Shown here: one piece after another, positions 55,993-64,000 of the stretch | How positions within the stretch are numbered: position 1 is the stretch's first letter | Layout of the letters: every line of letters begins with the position of its first letter | Assembly (NCBI GenBank): GCA_963707485.1 | Contig: CAVPQS010000046.1 | Coordinates: forward strand, 2,434 to 66,433 | Length of the DNA stretch: 64,000 bases | Direction: 5' to 3' | DNA from: an uncultured bacterium | Lineage (GTDB): Bacteria; Zixibacteria; MSB-5A5; CAIYYT01 | Made by a program: the position numbers and the translations under genes | Notes under the pieces: model-generated | What the model saw: the letters and a program-made list of their open reading frames with translations, nothing else | Told to the model about the DNA's origin: nothing | Database searches by the model: none

Positions 55993-57960
55993 TCAGGCTT
56001 TTGTGTTGTCGTCGGTTCCATTCTTCTTTGCGAACATCCGGCGATACCATTTCGGATGATGATGCTTTACGGATTCCACCGTGACCCTGCCGGTGATCCA
56101 GGCAAATGACATTGGATACTGTTCCGGGTGGAAGATTACAAAGAAGAAGTGGAACACAGCAATCGCAAGAGTTGCGAGCCAGGCTTCATAATAGTGAATC
56201 GTTTCCGATACCTTGACAATCCATGCCGGCATGAAGCCGGTGAAGAAGGTTGGGAACCAGAGAACGAATCCGGTCAATACCATAGCAATTGTTCCCCACA
56301 CCAGCGCCCAGTATTCGGCTTTCTCGGTGTAATCGTACATGTCAAATTGGGGACGTTGGTCGGTAAGGCCGAGATGGAATTTCACGTTCTGGATTACATC
56401 CGTGAAATCCTGCTTCACCGGCATGAATCCGCGCAATTGTTCCTTGCCGCGGCGGGAGATAAACAAGAACAACCCATGATGCAGCGAAACATAGATGAGA
56501 AACACGGCTGCGATTCTGTGAATGACGCTGCGTGTATCTTCGAAAATGCCGAAGAAATTCAGGATGCCGACCCACCAGGAATCGGGGAATCGCAGGGCAA
56601 ATCCCGTGATCACAAGCACAATAAATGCGACAGTCAGAACCAGATGCTGGAAAACCATATTGCCGGTAAAGCGAAGCACCGTCGGCTGGGCTTTGTTTTG
56701 GCGATGTTTCTGGACGACGAATGCGCCAATGATAATGCCGTTGTGCACCAGCATGCCGCCGATGATAAGCACGATGGCAAGAATGTACGCGAAGCGCACC
56801 CAGCGATCGATCGGATTAAATTCCTGCTGTGCGGTCTTGTGGGTATAGCTGGTAGCGAAAGCGAGATTTGCCTTCGGATGACAAGTCTGGCAAGTCTCGA
56901 CAATATTTTCGCGGCTCACGGAAGACGCTGGATTTGCAGATGGAAGAATATCGTGAGCGCGATGGCAGGAAATGCAATTGGCCGCTTTGATCGAACCACC
57001 CCGGATAGCGAGGCCATGGTATGAATCCTGGTATGACGTAAATCTGCCCTCAGCGAGGCCATACTTTTCCATCAACTGCGGATCATTGTGGCAGCGGCCG
57101 CAAACATAGTCGGCAAGATTTGACTGATTGACCGGCGAATCGGGATCGCCGATGCGCCTGATTTCGTGTTCTCCATGACAGTCAGTACAGTTCGGCGCAT
57201 CGAGAATGCCGGCCTGGAGCGCTTTGCCATGAATACCGCGAAAATACTGAATGCTGATATCGTTGTGGCATTTCGAACAAGTCTTCGGGATGTTTTGCTT
57301 ATTTACCATTGAGGCCGGGTCAGACGCCTTTTTGAGGTCGTGAGTTCCGTGACAGTCGTTACATGAAGCCGCCGAGCCTATCCCCTTCTGGATTCCTTCA
57401 GCATGGATGCCCTTAATGTAGCGGTCAAAAGAATCGGTTATGCGAATATCAGAGTCCTCTTTGAGTGCTATCTTATGATGGCAAGCGGCACACGTGTTGG
57501 GAAGGTTTTTAGCCGAAGTCTTCGAAGCTGGATTCTCTTGCGGAAAGATGGCGTGACTTCCGTGACAGGATTGGCAATTCGGCGCGTTGGGATTGTCGAG
57601 CGCCTTTCCGTGCGCAGAGGTCATGAAAACGCCATTAACATCGTCATGACAAGTCCCGCATTGAACGGGTTTAAGTTCATCATTGTGCGGAAAGTCAGTG
57701 ATACCGGCGAGGTCGGCATGACAATCGACACATTCGAAGCTGCCGTGTGATGAGGACAGCAGAGAGTCGAGGTGGATAAACATGCTGATCTCGCTGCCAT
57801 CGCGCGCGGCACCGGTTAGAGTGTTATCGGAGTGACACTCCATGCAGGCTTCATTGCTGGCGGACAGCGGCGAAAAGCCGACCAATAAGAGCAATGCAAG
57901 CGCAAACGTTGTTTTCACCAGGGTGCCCGGCACAGGCGTTCGTCGGAAAAGTTCATTCAT
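55993..57960 (-). CDS. CbcL-like fusion protein: a periplasmic multiheme cytochrome c (about 11 CXXCH) fused to a C-terminal membrane diheme cytochrome b (FdnI/HydC-like).
   Basis: It has a signal peptide and 11 CXXCH motifs. Five or more C-terminal TM helices carry conserved His residues (MLVHNG, FQHLVLTVAF, SLHHGLFLF, HYYEAWLATLAIAVFHFFF). Confidence 0.8.
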   Translation of the reverse strand: MNELFRRTPVPGTLVKTTFALALLLLVGFSPLSASNEACMECHSDNTLTGAARDGSEISMFIHLDSLLSSSHGSFECVDCHADLAGITDFPHNDELKPVQCGTCHDDVNGVFMTSAHGKALDNPNAPNCQSCHGSHAIFPQENPASKTSAKNLPNTCAACHHKIALKEDSDIRITDSFDRYIKGIHAEGIQKGIGSAASCNDCHGTHDLKKASDPASMVNKQNIPKTCSKCHNDISIQYFRGIHGKALQAGILDAPNCTDCHGEHEIRRIGDPDSPVNQSNLADYVCGRCHNDPQLMEKYGLAEGRFTSYQDSYHGLAIRGGSIKAANCISCHRAHDILPSANPASSVSRENIVETCQTCHPKANLAFATSYTHKTAQQEFNPIDRWVRFAYILAIVLIIGGMLVHNGIIIGAFVVQKHRQNKAQPTVLRFTGNMVFQHLVLTVAFIVLVITGFALRFPDSWWVGILNFFGIFEDTRSVIHRIAAVFLIYVSLHHGLFLFISRRGKEQLRGFMPVKQDFTDVIQNVKFHLGLTDQRPQFDMYDYTEKAEYWALVWGTIAMVLTGFVLWFPTFFTGFMPAWIVKVSETIHYYEAWLATLAIAVFHFFFVIFHPEQYPMSFAWITGRVTVESVKHHHPKWYRRMFAKKNGTDDNTKA

Positions 57961-58025
57961 ATTTACTACTCCAGTATCTCACAATCAAAACAAATTCGAC
58001 CTAATATACAACTACTTACTCCCTA

Positions 58026-60656
58026 TCACGCAGTTAATTGACCGAGAATGATCAGGAAGAGTAGGAAGAATCCAGTCAACAGTGCGACGGCACCCCAGAC
58101 ATAAGATATAATCGAGAGTACGAGACCAAGCGGCTTTTTCTGATGCTGCTCAAGTTCGCCGGCTTCGCGCAAACGCTGATACTCCAGCGGGCGTTCTTCC
58201 ATCATTTCTTTCTCGGAAATCCTGCCGGTGTAGACTGACACGTCCATCGGGAATTTGCTGGCGCGCAGATGCGTATTGAAGAAATGCACAATGAAGATGA
58301 AAGCCGTCGCCAACAGCGCTTCTTCTTTGTGGACGGTGTCGGCAAGACTGATCACGCCGCCGCCAAGCAGGTTGCCGAAGAATTCCTCCTGCCAACGCAG
58401 CAAGCCGGACAGACCGATTACAAACACGCCCCAGAAGACCGCAAAGTAATCGAACTTTTCCCAGTAGGTCCAGCGGTCAAAGCGCGGGTGCGGGCCCCGA
58501 TTGAAGAACCACTTTGCGTGCTCAAGGAAATCAGTCAGGTCCTTCTTGCGGAACATGAGCGTGTTCGGGCCGGTGAGCATTTCTTTAATGCTGCTTTTCC
58601 GCAGCTTGAAAATCAAGAAAATGATATGCGCAAGGAAATAGAATCCGGTGATTGCGGCGGCAATGTAATGAAGCTTTTGCGCCGTCTGCAGCGACATGAA
58701 GTTTGCGAACAGCCATTTGGCGAGATCAGTATGCGCGTAAGACTGCGGCAGACCGGTGAATGCCAAAGTCAAGAAGCTAATATTCACGAGGATGTGCAGG
58801 AAGCGATGGAAACCATCGATACGGCCATAGTAGGTTTCTTTTTTGATAACACGAGCGCGGATTCCGCGTTGGAACCAGAGCATTGTGTGGAATCCAAAGG
58901 CGCCAAGAACTGCGATGAGCAAAACCGTCATCATGCCCGTGACGAGAGTATTGAACTTGGACCATCCTCCGACAATCTGCCTGGTGTTGTCCTGCAGGTC
59001 GCGGTCAAGCGATTGAAGAACGCTGTCATCCTTGGCGCTTTCGAGGCCAGAGCGCAGCTCGGCTTCGCTTGGTTTGATCGGATGGACGAGATACGAGACA
59101 AAGCGATCATTTGCGCGCGGGTGACATTGTTTGCAGGTTTCAACGATGTGGTCGCGGTTAACCGATGAGGTCGAGTCATTCGGCTCCTGAATGGAGTGCG
59201 AACCGTGGCAATTGGTGCAGACAGCGAATTTAACTTCTTCAGTTCCTGTCTCGAACAGCTTGCCGTGATACGTTTCCTTGTATCCTTCGACGACATACGG
59301 ATTGATCTGGAACTTGAGCATCTTGTCTTTATCGGAATGGCACTTGGAGCAGAGCGCTACGATGCCCTCGGGAGTAAACTGCTCCTCCGTTTTCTTGATG
59401 TCAATTTCACCGTGACAGTCTGTGCAGGTCGGCGCTTCGAGAATGCCTTGAGCGCGAGCGCGCCCGTGAATAGATTGTTTGTACTGCCGGTTTTGTTCGG
59501 CATGGCAGTTGATGCATTCCGTGCGGCGATGTTTGACCGCGTCGTTATCGAGTCCGGGAAGATTCCAGTGGTAGGTATGACACTGCGTGCAGTTCGCCTC
59601 GGAACCGTCGGCATTGAGCAGCATCAATTGGCCATGAGCAAGGTTCTCCTTAGTGTGCCGCTCGCCCGAGTGGCAGATATTGCAGCGATTGACTATGCCG
59701 CCCTCTTTAAAAATCGCTTGATTAATAGAAGCCATGTCGGTTTGGTGGCCGGTGTGGCAAGAAGCACAGGAAATTGATGCCGGGTCGACACCGGGATCGC
59801 GGTGAAGACTTTCCTTGTGTCCGGGGTGGCATTCGTTGCAGACGTCGGAGATGTGCACCGAATTGACGCGGGATTTCGGATCCGACGGCTTGCGGATGTC
59901 ATGCTTCTCGTGGCAACTCGTGCAGACCGGGGCCTTCGTATTGCCGCTTTCCATCTCGTGGAAGTGGCGCGAGTGGATGTAAGTCTCGATGTCGCGCTGG
60001 TGGCACTTGGAGCAAATGTCGACGATCTCTTGCTTGTATTCGGTCTCGGTCATGACGTCCTTTTTGGACTTGAAATGGGCGTCATGGCAAGTTGTGCATA
60101 TCGGGTAGTTGCGATTGTCTTCCTGGTACTTCTGATAGTGGTAGCTTTGCTTGTATTCGGCAGCCTGTTTGGGATGGCACCGTTCGCAGACGATTTTCAT
60201 GCTCAAATCTTTTTGAGCGTTGTGCGTACCGTGACACTCTTTGCAGTCGGGGATGTCCTCTTTGCCTTTGCCCTTGAGCATCTTGTAGAAGTACTCCATC
60301 CAGGTCGCGCTGACGACTTTATGGCAAGGTTCGCACTGGACGGGTTGGTACTCAGTAAAGTGCGGCACGTCCTCGAAGTTTGCACCCGGTTGATTGTGGC
60401 AATCGACGCAAGCCATCGATTTGTGAACCGAACTATGCAGGCTATCGCTGCTGACAAACACCGATTTTCCGGATTCGGCGCTCAACGTTTCATCGGAATG
60501 GCAGTCGAGGCATAGTTGGTTGTCGGGCTTAGCTGCTGTTTCGGACTGAGCGTATAGCGTTGACAGACCACCGAGCAAAAACAAACTCAGCACGGCAACC
60601 AAAGTCGCAGCGTTTCGAAGATATTGTTGAAGATTTCGGATTGATGGCATGGTCAT
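58026..60656 (-). CDS. CbcL-like fusion protein: a multiheme cytochrome c (about 17 CXXCH) fused to a C-terminal membrane cytochrome b domain.
   Basis: It has a signal peptide (LVAVLSLFLLGGLSTLYAQ), 17 CXXCH motifs, and a C-terminal polytopic domain with His in the TM helices (FHRFLHILVN, KLHYIAAAITGFYFLAHIIF). Confidence 0.8.
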   Translation of the reverse strand: MTMPSIRNLQQYLRNAATLVAVLSLFLLGGLSTLYAQSETAAKPDNQLCLDCHSDETLSAESGKSVFVSSDSLHSSVHKSMACVDCHNQPGANFEDVPHFTEYQPVQCEPCHKVVSATWMEYFYKMLKGKGKEDIPDCKECHGTHNAQKDLSMKIVCERCHPKQAAEYKQSYHYQKYQEDNRNYPICTTCHDAHFKSKKDVMTETEYKQEIVDICSKCHQRDIETYIHSRHFHEMESGNTKAPVCTSCHEKHDIRKPSDPKSRVNSVHISDVCNECHPGHKESLHRDPGVDPASISCASCHTGHQTDMASINQAIFKEGGIVNRCNICHSGERHTKENLAHGQLMLLNADGSEANCTQCHTYHWNLPGLDNDAVKHRRTECINCHAEQNRQYKQSIHGRARAQGILEAPTCTDCHGEIDIKKTEEQFTPEGIVALCSKCHSDKDKMLKFQINPYVVEGYKETYHGKLFETGTEEVKFAVCTNCHGSHSIQEPNDSTSSVNRDHIVETCKQCHPRANDRFVSYLVHPIKPSEAELRSGLESAKDDSVLQSLDRDLQDNTRQIVGGWSKFNTLVTGMMTVLLIAVLGAFGFHTMLWFQRGIRARVIKKETYYGRIDGFHRFLHILVNISFLTLAFTGLPQSYAHTDLAKWLFANFMSLQTAQKLHYIAAAITGFYFLAHIIFLIFKLRKSSIKEMLTGPNTLMFRKKDLTDFLEHAKWFFNRGPHPRFDRWTYWEKFDYFAVFWGVFVIGLSGLLRWQEEFFGNLLGGGVISLADTVHKEEALLATAFIFIVHFFNTHLRASKFPMDVSVYTGRISEKEMMEERPLEYQRLREAGELEQHQKKPLGLVLSIISYVWGAVALLTGFFLLFLIILGQLTA

Positions 60657-60668
60657 ATCCTCGTTAAG

Positions 60669-61280
60669 TTATTTTCGAAGTGTCTTGCGACTCAGGCCGT
60701 CGACGAAGATCGGAACGTTGTTGGCGACGATTTCCTCACAGCGAAAGCTCTTGCCTTGAGAGTTTTTCCAAAGGGTCAATCCCAACGCGCAGTCGAAAAT
60801 CATTCCCAGGAAGCTGCGAGCGGTAATCTCGTTGTTGGAATCAACGATTAGGCCCATAGTGACCAGGCGGTCGAGTTGAAGTTGGAGGTATTTTGCGTGA
60901 CGGCCCCGAATGGACTGGTAGACCGCCCGAGCTTTAGAGTGGCCACCCAAGGCCGAGTATAGAAGCAGGCGGTAGACTTCCTGATGCTTCTGGGCGCAAT
61001 TGAGCAACTGGTTGGCAATACGGGTGAGAAGCTGTCCTAAATCGTTTTCAGAATCCAGCTCGCCGTAGATATCGTCGCACTGAAGGCGTGTTTCCAACGA
61101 ATCGAGGACGGCATCGTAAATCAGCTCTTTGGAGGCGAAATAGCGATAAAGGGCCGGTTCAGTAACGCTACATGCAGCCGCGAGGCGCTTGGTTGTGACC
61201 TTATCGTAGCCTTCTACCGAGAAGAGCTTGGTGGCTTCTTCGAGAATTTGATTGCGTCTTTCTTCAGCACCGAGCTTCAT
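60669..61280 (-). CDS. TetR/AcrR-family transcriptional regulator.
   Basis: It has an N-terminal HTH (RRNQILEEATKLFSVEGYDKVTTKRLAAACSVTEPALYRYF). A GGAGG SD lies 5 nt upstream of ATG 61280. Confidence 0.8.
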   Translation of the reverse strand: MKLGAEERRNQILEEATKLFSVEGYDKVTTKRLAAACSVTEPALYRYFASKELIYDAVLDSLETRLQCDDIYGELDSENDLGQLLTRIANQLLNCAQKHQEVYRLLLYSALGGHSKARAVYQSIRGRHAKYLQLQLDRLVTMGLIVDSNNEITARSFLGMIFDCALGLTLWKNSQGKSFRCEEIVANNVPIFVDGLSRKTLRK

Positions 61281-61451
61281 TCGTCCTCCGACGTCGGTAG
61301 TTAAGTCGCATATTCGACCCAATTGGCGACGTTGTAGTTAACACTAACTAACAGGATCGGCACTGTCAAGGGAAAAGTGAGTTATTTTGTTACTTTTTTC
61401 ACAATCTTAGAGCCAAAGGACCGATGATCCCGATAGTTATTTACTCGTAAG

Positions 61452-62093
61452 TTAAAGATGAAAAGAGAGATAGCGGATCGTGCGGTTAACTGAAAGGTGC
61501 CGCTTTTCGTATGCAGTCTGTATCTTCAGCAACTCAGGAATGTCGGCGGAGGCGTATACATCATCGATCTTATCCACAAGCCTGCTGCCGCTGCTATCGA
61601 TGACTTTTTGAGTATAGGCAAAGAGATTGGGCTCGTCTGTCTTGAGATGGATCAGCCCCCCAGGTCGCAGAATCTTTCGATAGAGACTAATGAAATCAGG
61701 CGATGTGAGCCGCTTTTTGGCCCGACATTGACTGAGATATGGATCCGGAAATGTGATCCAAATCTCGGAGACTTCGTCTTTGCCAAAGCAGTCGGCGATG
61801 CGTTCGATCGGCATTCTCAGGAAGGCGACGTTCTTGAGGTTCAGGTTAAGCGACATCTTTGCGCCGGACCAGATGCGGGCGCCCTTAAGGTCAACTCCAA
61901 CGAAGTTTCGCTGAGGATAGAACTGCGCCATATTGACAGTGTATTCGCCTTTGCCGCAGGCCAATTCGAGAGTAATCTCATTGTCATTGTGAAAAAACTC
62001 ACTATTCCACTTTCCTTTGAGGTCGGTCATCATTTGGATGACGTGAGGGAAGTTGGCCATTTCAGCAAAGCGAATTAGTTTTTTTTTAGGCAT
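61452..62093 (-). CDS. trmB: tRNA (guanine46-N7)-methyltransferase.
   Basis: It has TrmB motifs (LELACGKGEYTVNMAQ ... VGVDLKG ... EIWITFPDP). The coding sequence begins ATG-CCT-AAA-AAA-AAA (A9 run). Confidence 0.85.
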   Translation of the reverse strand: MPKKKLIRFAEMANFPHVIQMMTDLKGKWNSEFFHNDNEITLELACGKGEYTVNMAQFYPQRNFVGVDLKGARIWSGAKMSLNLNLKNVAFLRMPIERIADCFGKDEVSEIWITFPDPYLSQCRAKKRLTSPDFISLYRKILRPGGLIHLKTDEPNLFAYTQKVIDSSGSRLVDKIDDVYASADIPELLKIQTAYEKRHLSVNRTIRYLSFHL

Positions 62094-62200
62094 TTCGGTA
62101 TCGCTGGTCCATTCGCGTTAAGTTTGCGAGCCAGGATAGCGGACGAAGCGGCGAATGTCAATACGGTCGACTCGAGTATTCGCACGCGGTACGACTTGGA

Positions 62201-62246
62201 CCAAAAAAAACCGTGTTGAAACTCCCCAACTTAGTTCCAACACGGG
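62201..62246 (-). terminator. Rho-independent terminator (8-bp GC-rich stem followed by a T8 tract on the minus strand), about 210 nt downstream of cysK.
   Basis: On the minus strand the sequence is CCGTGTTGGAACTAAGTTGGGGAGTTTCAACACGG followed by TTTTTTTT. Confidence 0.4.
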
Positions 62247-62457
62247 CGGACCGTCCCCTTTGATCGAATCACAAATACCCAGCCAACCCTTTAAAGCACT
62301 GTTAACTACAATTGCAATTGCTGTGCCGTCGCTACCGGAATCAGCGCAGTCAGCACAAAGGCATGAATGACATTGGTCTGCCGCGAAGCGCAGCAGACCG
62401 TAATCGAATCTAAGAATGCATTCAAGCCAAATTGAAACCGTTGTTGAAACAGTCGTT

Positions 62458-63393
62458 TCAGTTTGGGGTGAACTCGGTATAGGTTGGGGTGGAAAGATAG
62501 CGCTCGCCGGTATCGCAAATGAATGTGACTATCAATTTGCCTGCGTTTTCCGACCGTGAGGCGACCTTGATGGCTGCCGCGACATTTGCCCCGGCAGATA
62601 TCCCGAGAAGAATTCCCTCACGGCGAACGACTTTGCGAGTCATTTCGATTGCCTCTTCGTTTTCGACCGTCAGGATTTCGTCGGCAAGTTCCAGCTCGAG
62701 CACGTCGGGCTTGAATCCGGCGCCGATTCCCTGGATCGGATGCGGCCCCTTGGCGCCTTTCGAGAGAAAGGGTGATGCTGCCGGCTCGACTGCGACTATT
62801 CTCATTCCGGGCTTGCGCGGTTTAAGAACGCGGGCGCAGCCGGTCAAAGTACCGCCAGTGCCGACTGCGGAAACGATGATGTCAACTTTTCCGTCCGTGT
62901 CGTTCCAGATTTCTTGGGCAGTGGTGCGAGCGTGAATATCAGGATTGGCGGGGTTCTTGAATTGCTGAGGCATAAAATGGCGAGCATCGGCAGCAACGGC
63001 ATCCTCGGCTCGTTTCACGGCGCCGGGCATTCCTTCTGAACCGGGAGTCAGGACAAGTTCTGCACCGAATGCCTTGAGCAAATTGCGGCGTTCTACCGAC
63101 ATTGTCTCCGGCATGTAGAGCACCAACTTGTAGCCTTTGATCGCACAGACAAATGCCAGTGCTATGCCCGTATTCCCAGAAGTAGGTTCGATGATAATAG
63201 TGTCGGATTTGATCTTTCCTGCTTTCTCAGCAGCCTCAATCATCGCCAAGCCAATACGATCCTTAACGGACGAGCATGGATTGAATGATTCCAATTTCCC
63301 CACGACACGGCCGGGCAGACCGGCAGCGACTTTGTCGAGATAGACTAACGGCGTGTTTCCGATCAGGTCGGTGATACTTCCAGCAATTTTCAT
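62458..63393 (-). CDS. cysK: Cysteine synthase A (O-acetylserine sulfhydrylase).
   Basis: It has the PLP-lysine motif [15 protein letters not shown] and the glycine loop GTGGT. A GGAGA SD is present. Confidence 0.9.
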   Translation of the reverse strand: MKIAGSITDLIGNTPLVYLDKVAAGLPGRVVGKLESFNPCSSVKDRIGLAMIEAAEKAGKIKSDTIIIEPTSGNTGIALAFVCAIKGYKLVLYMPETMSVERRNLLKAFGAELVLTPGSEGMPGAVKRAEDAVAADARHFMPQQFKNPANPDIHARTTAQEIWNDTDGKVDIIVSAVGTGGTLTGCARVLKPRKPGMRIVAVEPAASPFLSKGAKGPHPIQGIGAGFKPDVLELELADEILTVENEEAIEMTRKVVRREGILLGISAGANVAAAIKVASRSENAGKLIVTFICDTGERYLSTPTYTEFTPN

Positions 63394-63412
63394 TGTTCAT
63401 TCTCCTCGTGAA

Positions 63413-63847
63413 TCAAATCCAATACATTTCAGCAGCCAAGCCCGATGACCGTATGATATCTGCCAATGTGATAGCTTTCAGATTGTGATGAAGAAGCGCG
63501 AATTGTTCGTTCATAATCTTAACGAGCGATTTCCCGATCGGATCATCGACACCGACGCGCTCGGTTACCGTGCTCGGAAGAATGAATTCACTCGAGCCTT
63601 CACAGACCGCGATTACCTCGGCAAGGGTAATCTTGTCCGGGCTGCGCGAGAGCTGATAGCCGCCAGCGGCGCCACGCGTGGATTTGACGATATCCGTGGC
63701 GCGCAGGCGGGAAAACACCAACTCAAGAAATCTGATGGGAAGGTTTTGTCGTGTGGCGATTTCGCGAATACCGATGAATTTTCCCTTCGAATTCACCGCA
63801 AGACAGACTAGAGCACTAATTCCATAGTAAGAACGATTTGTAATCAT
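63413..63847 (-). CDS. Rrf2-family transcriptional regulator (CymR/IscR-like).
   Basis: It has the Rrf2 HTH (YYGISALVCLAVNSKGKFIGIREIATRQNLPIRFLELVFSRLRATDIVKSTRGAAGGYQL). It lies adjacent to cysK, like the Bacillus cymR-cysK pairing. Confidence 0.8.
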   Translation of the reverse strand: MITNRSYYGISALVCLAVNSKGKFIGIREIATRQNLPIRFLELVFSRLRATDIVKSTRGAAGGYQLSRSPDKITLAEVIAVCEGSSEFILPSTVTERVGVDDPIGKSLVKIMNEQFALLHHNLKAITLADIIRSSGLAAEMYWI

Positions 63848-64000
63848 AAAGAATACTACTCTGTTTGTCGTCATTGCCAATCAGAAATATACGTAATCCT
63901 ATCGGAGATAGTATATTTCATTCTACCATAAGATTTACGCTTTTCAAGAGCTTTCTGATTGGGTATTCCCCCAGGCGCTGATCCCAGAATTTTGAGCGCT

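Noticed and set aside
1-64000. Search for tRNA, rRNA, CRISPR arrays, transposases, integrases or prophage genes.
   Set aside because: I recognised no T-psi-C-type tRNA motifs, rRNA segments, short regularly spaced repeats, or transposase or integrase motifs (DDE, tyrosine recombinase R-H-R-Y) in any frame. This is absence of evidence by eye only.

Overview
This 64-kb window is one bacterial chromosomal segment with moderate GC, tightly packed genes and Shine-Dalgarno-like motifs (GGAGG/AGGAGA) ahead of many start codons. I found no rRNA, tRNA, CRISPR array, transposase or integrase. It looks like an uncultivated, metal-respiring, proteolytic lineage. Main content, in order: (1) A minus-strand operon at 1..7457 encoding a His-rich membrane protein, a ~20-heme c-type cytochrome, a giant ~58-heme c-type cytochrome and a truncated secreted, beta-strand-rich protein. 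The 58-heme cytochrome is 1426 aa and is built from 72-aa triheme units, several of which are near-identical 216-bp tandem DNA repeats. (2) Small DUF-family genes, a dienelactone hydrolase, a secreted FG-GAP/VCBS protein with two dockerin-like repeats, a YVTN beta-propeller lipoprotein and a GT39-like/TPR membrane glycosyltransferase. (3) hemW, a PAS/LuxR regulator, a metallophosphoesterase, an ECF sigma factor with a zinc-finger (ZAS) anti-sigma, a subtilase split by a frameshift in an A10 tract, and a 1084-aa secreted TPR-CHAT protein. (4) A NuoE-like/NuoF-like/[2Fe-2S]-GltD-NuoG-like fusion gene cluster preceded by a tandem RAM-domain protein, which I interpret as a possible Stn/Nfn-type flavin-based transhydrogenase module. 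(5) A glutathione peroxidase, an SRPBCC protein, lipoproteins, a tandem M16 peptidase, oligoendopeptidase F and an RsmF-like methyltransferase. (6) An arsenic-resistance island (acr3-arsC-arsR-ccdA-trx-trx-arsP-arsR) followed by a lower-GC MmeI-like type IIG restriction-modification gene and a GNAT acetyltransferase. (7) A 1193-aa secreted M16-family peptidase. (8) Two tandem CbcL-like genes, each fusing a multiheme cytochrome c (11 and 17 hemes) to a diheme cytochrome b, with a TetR regulator. (9) trmB, cysK and an Rrf2 regulator. The most notable features are the giant repeat-built cytochrome operon, the CbcL-like pair, and the unusual NuoEF plus GltD/NuoG-like fusion.
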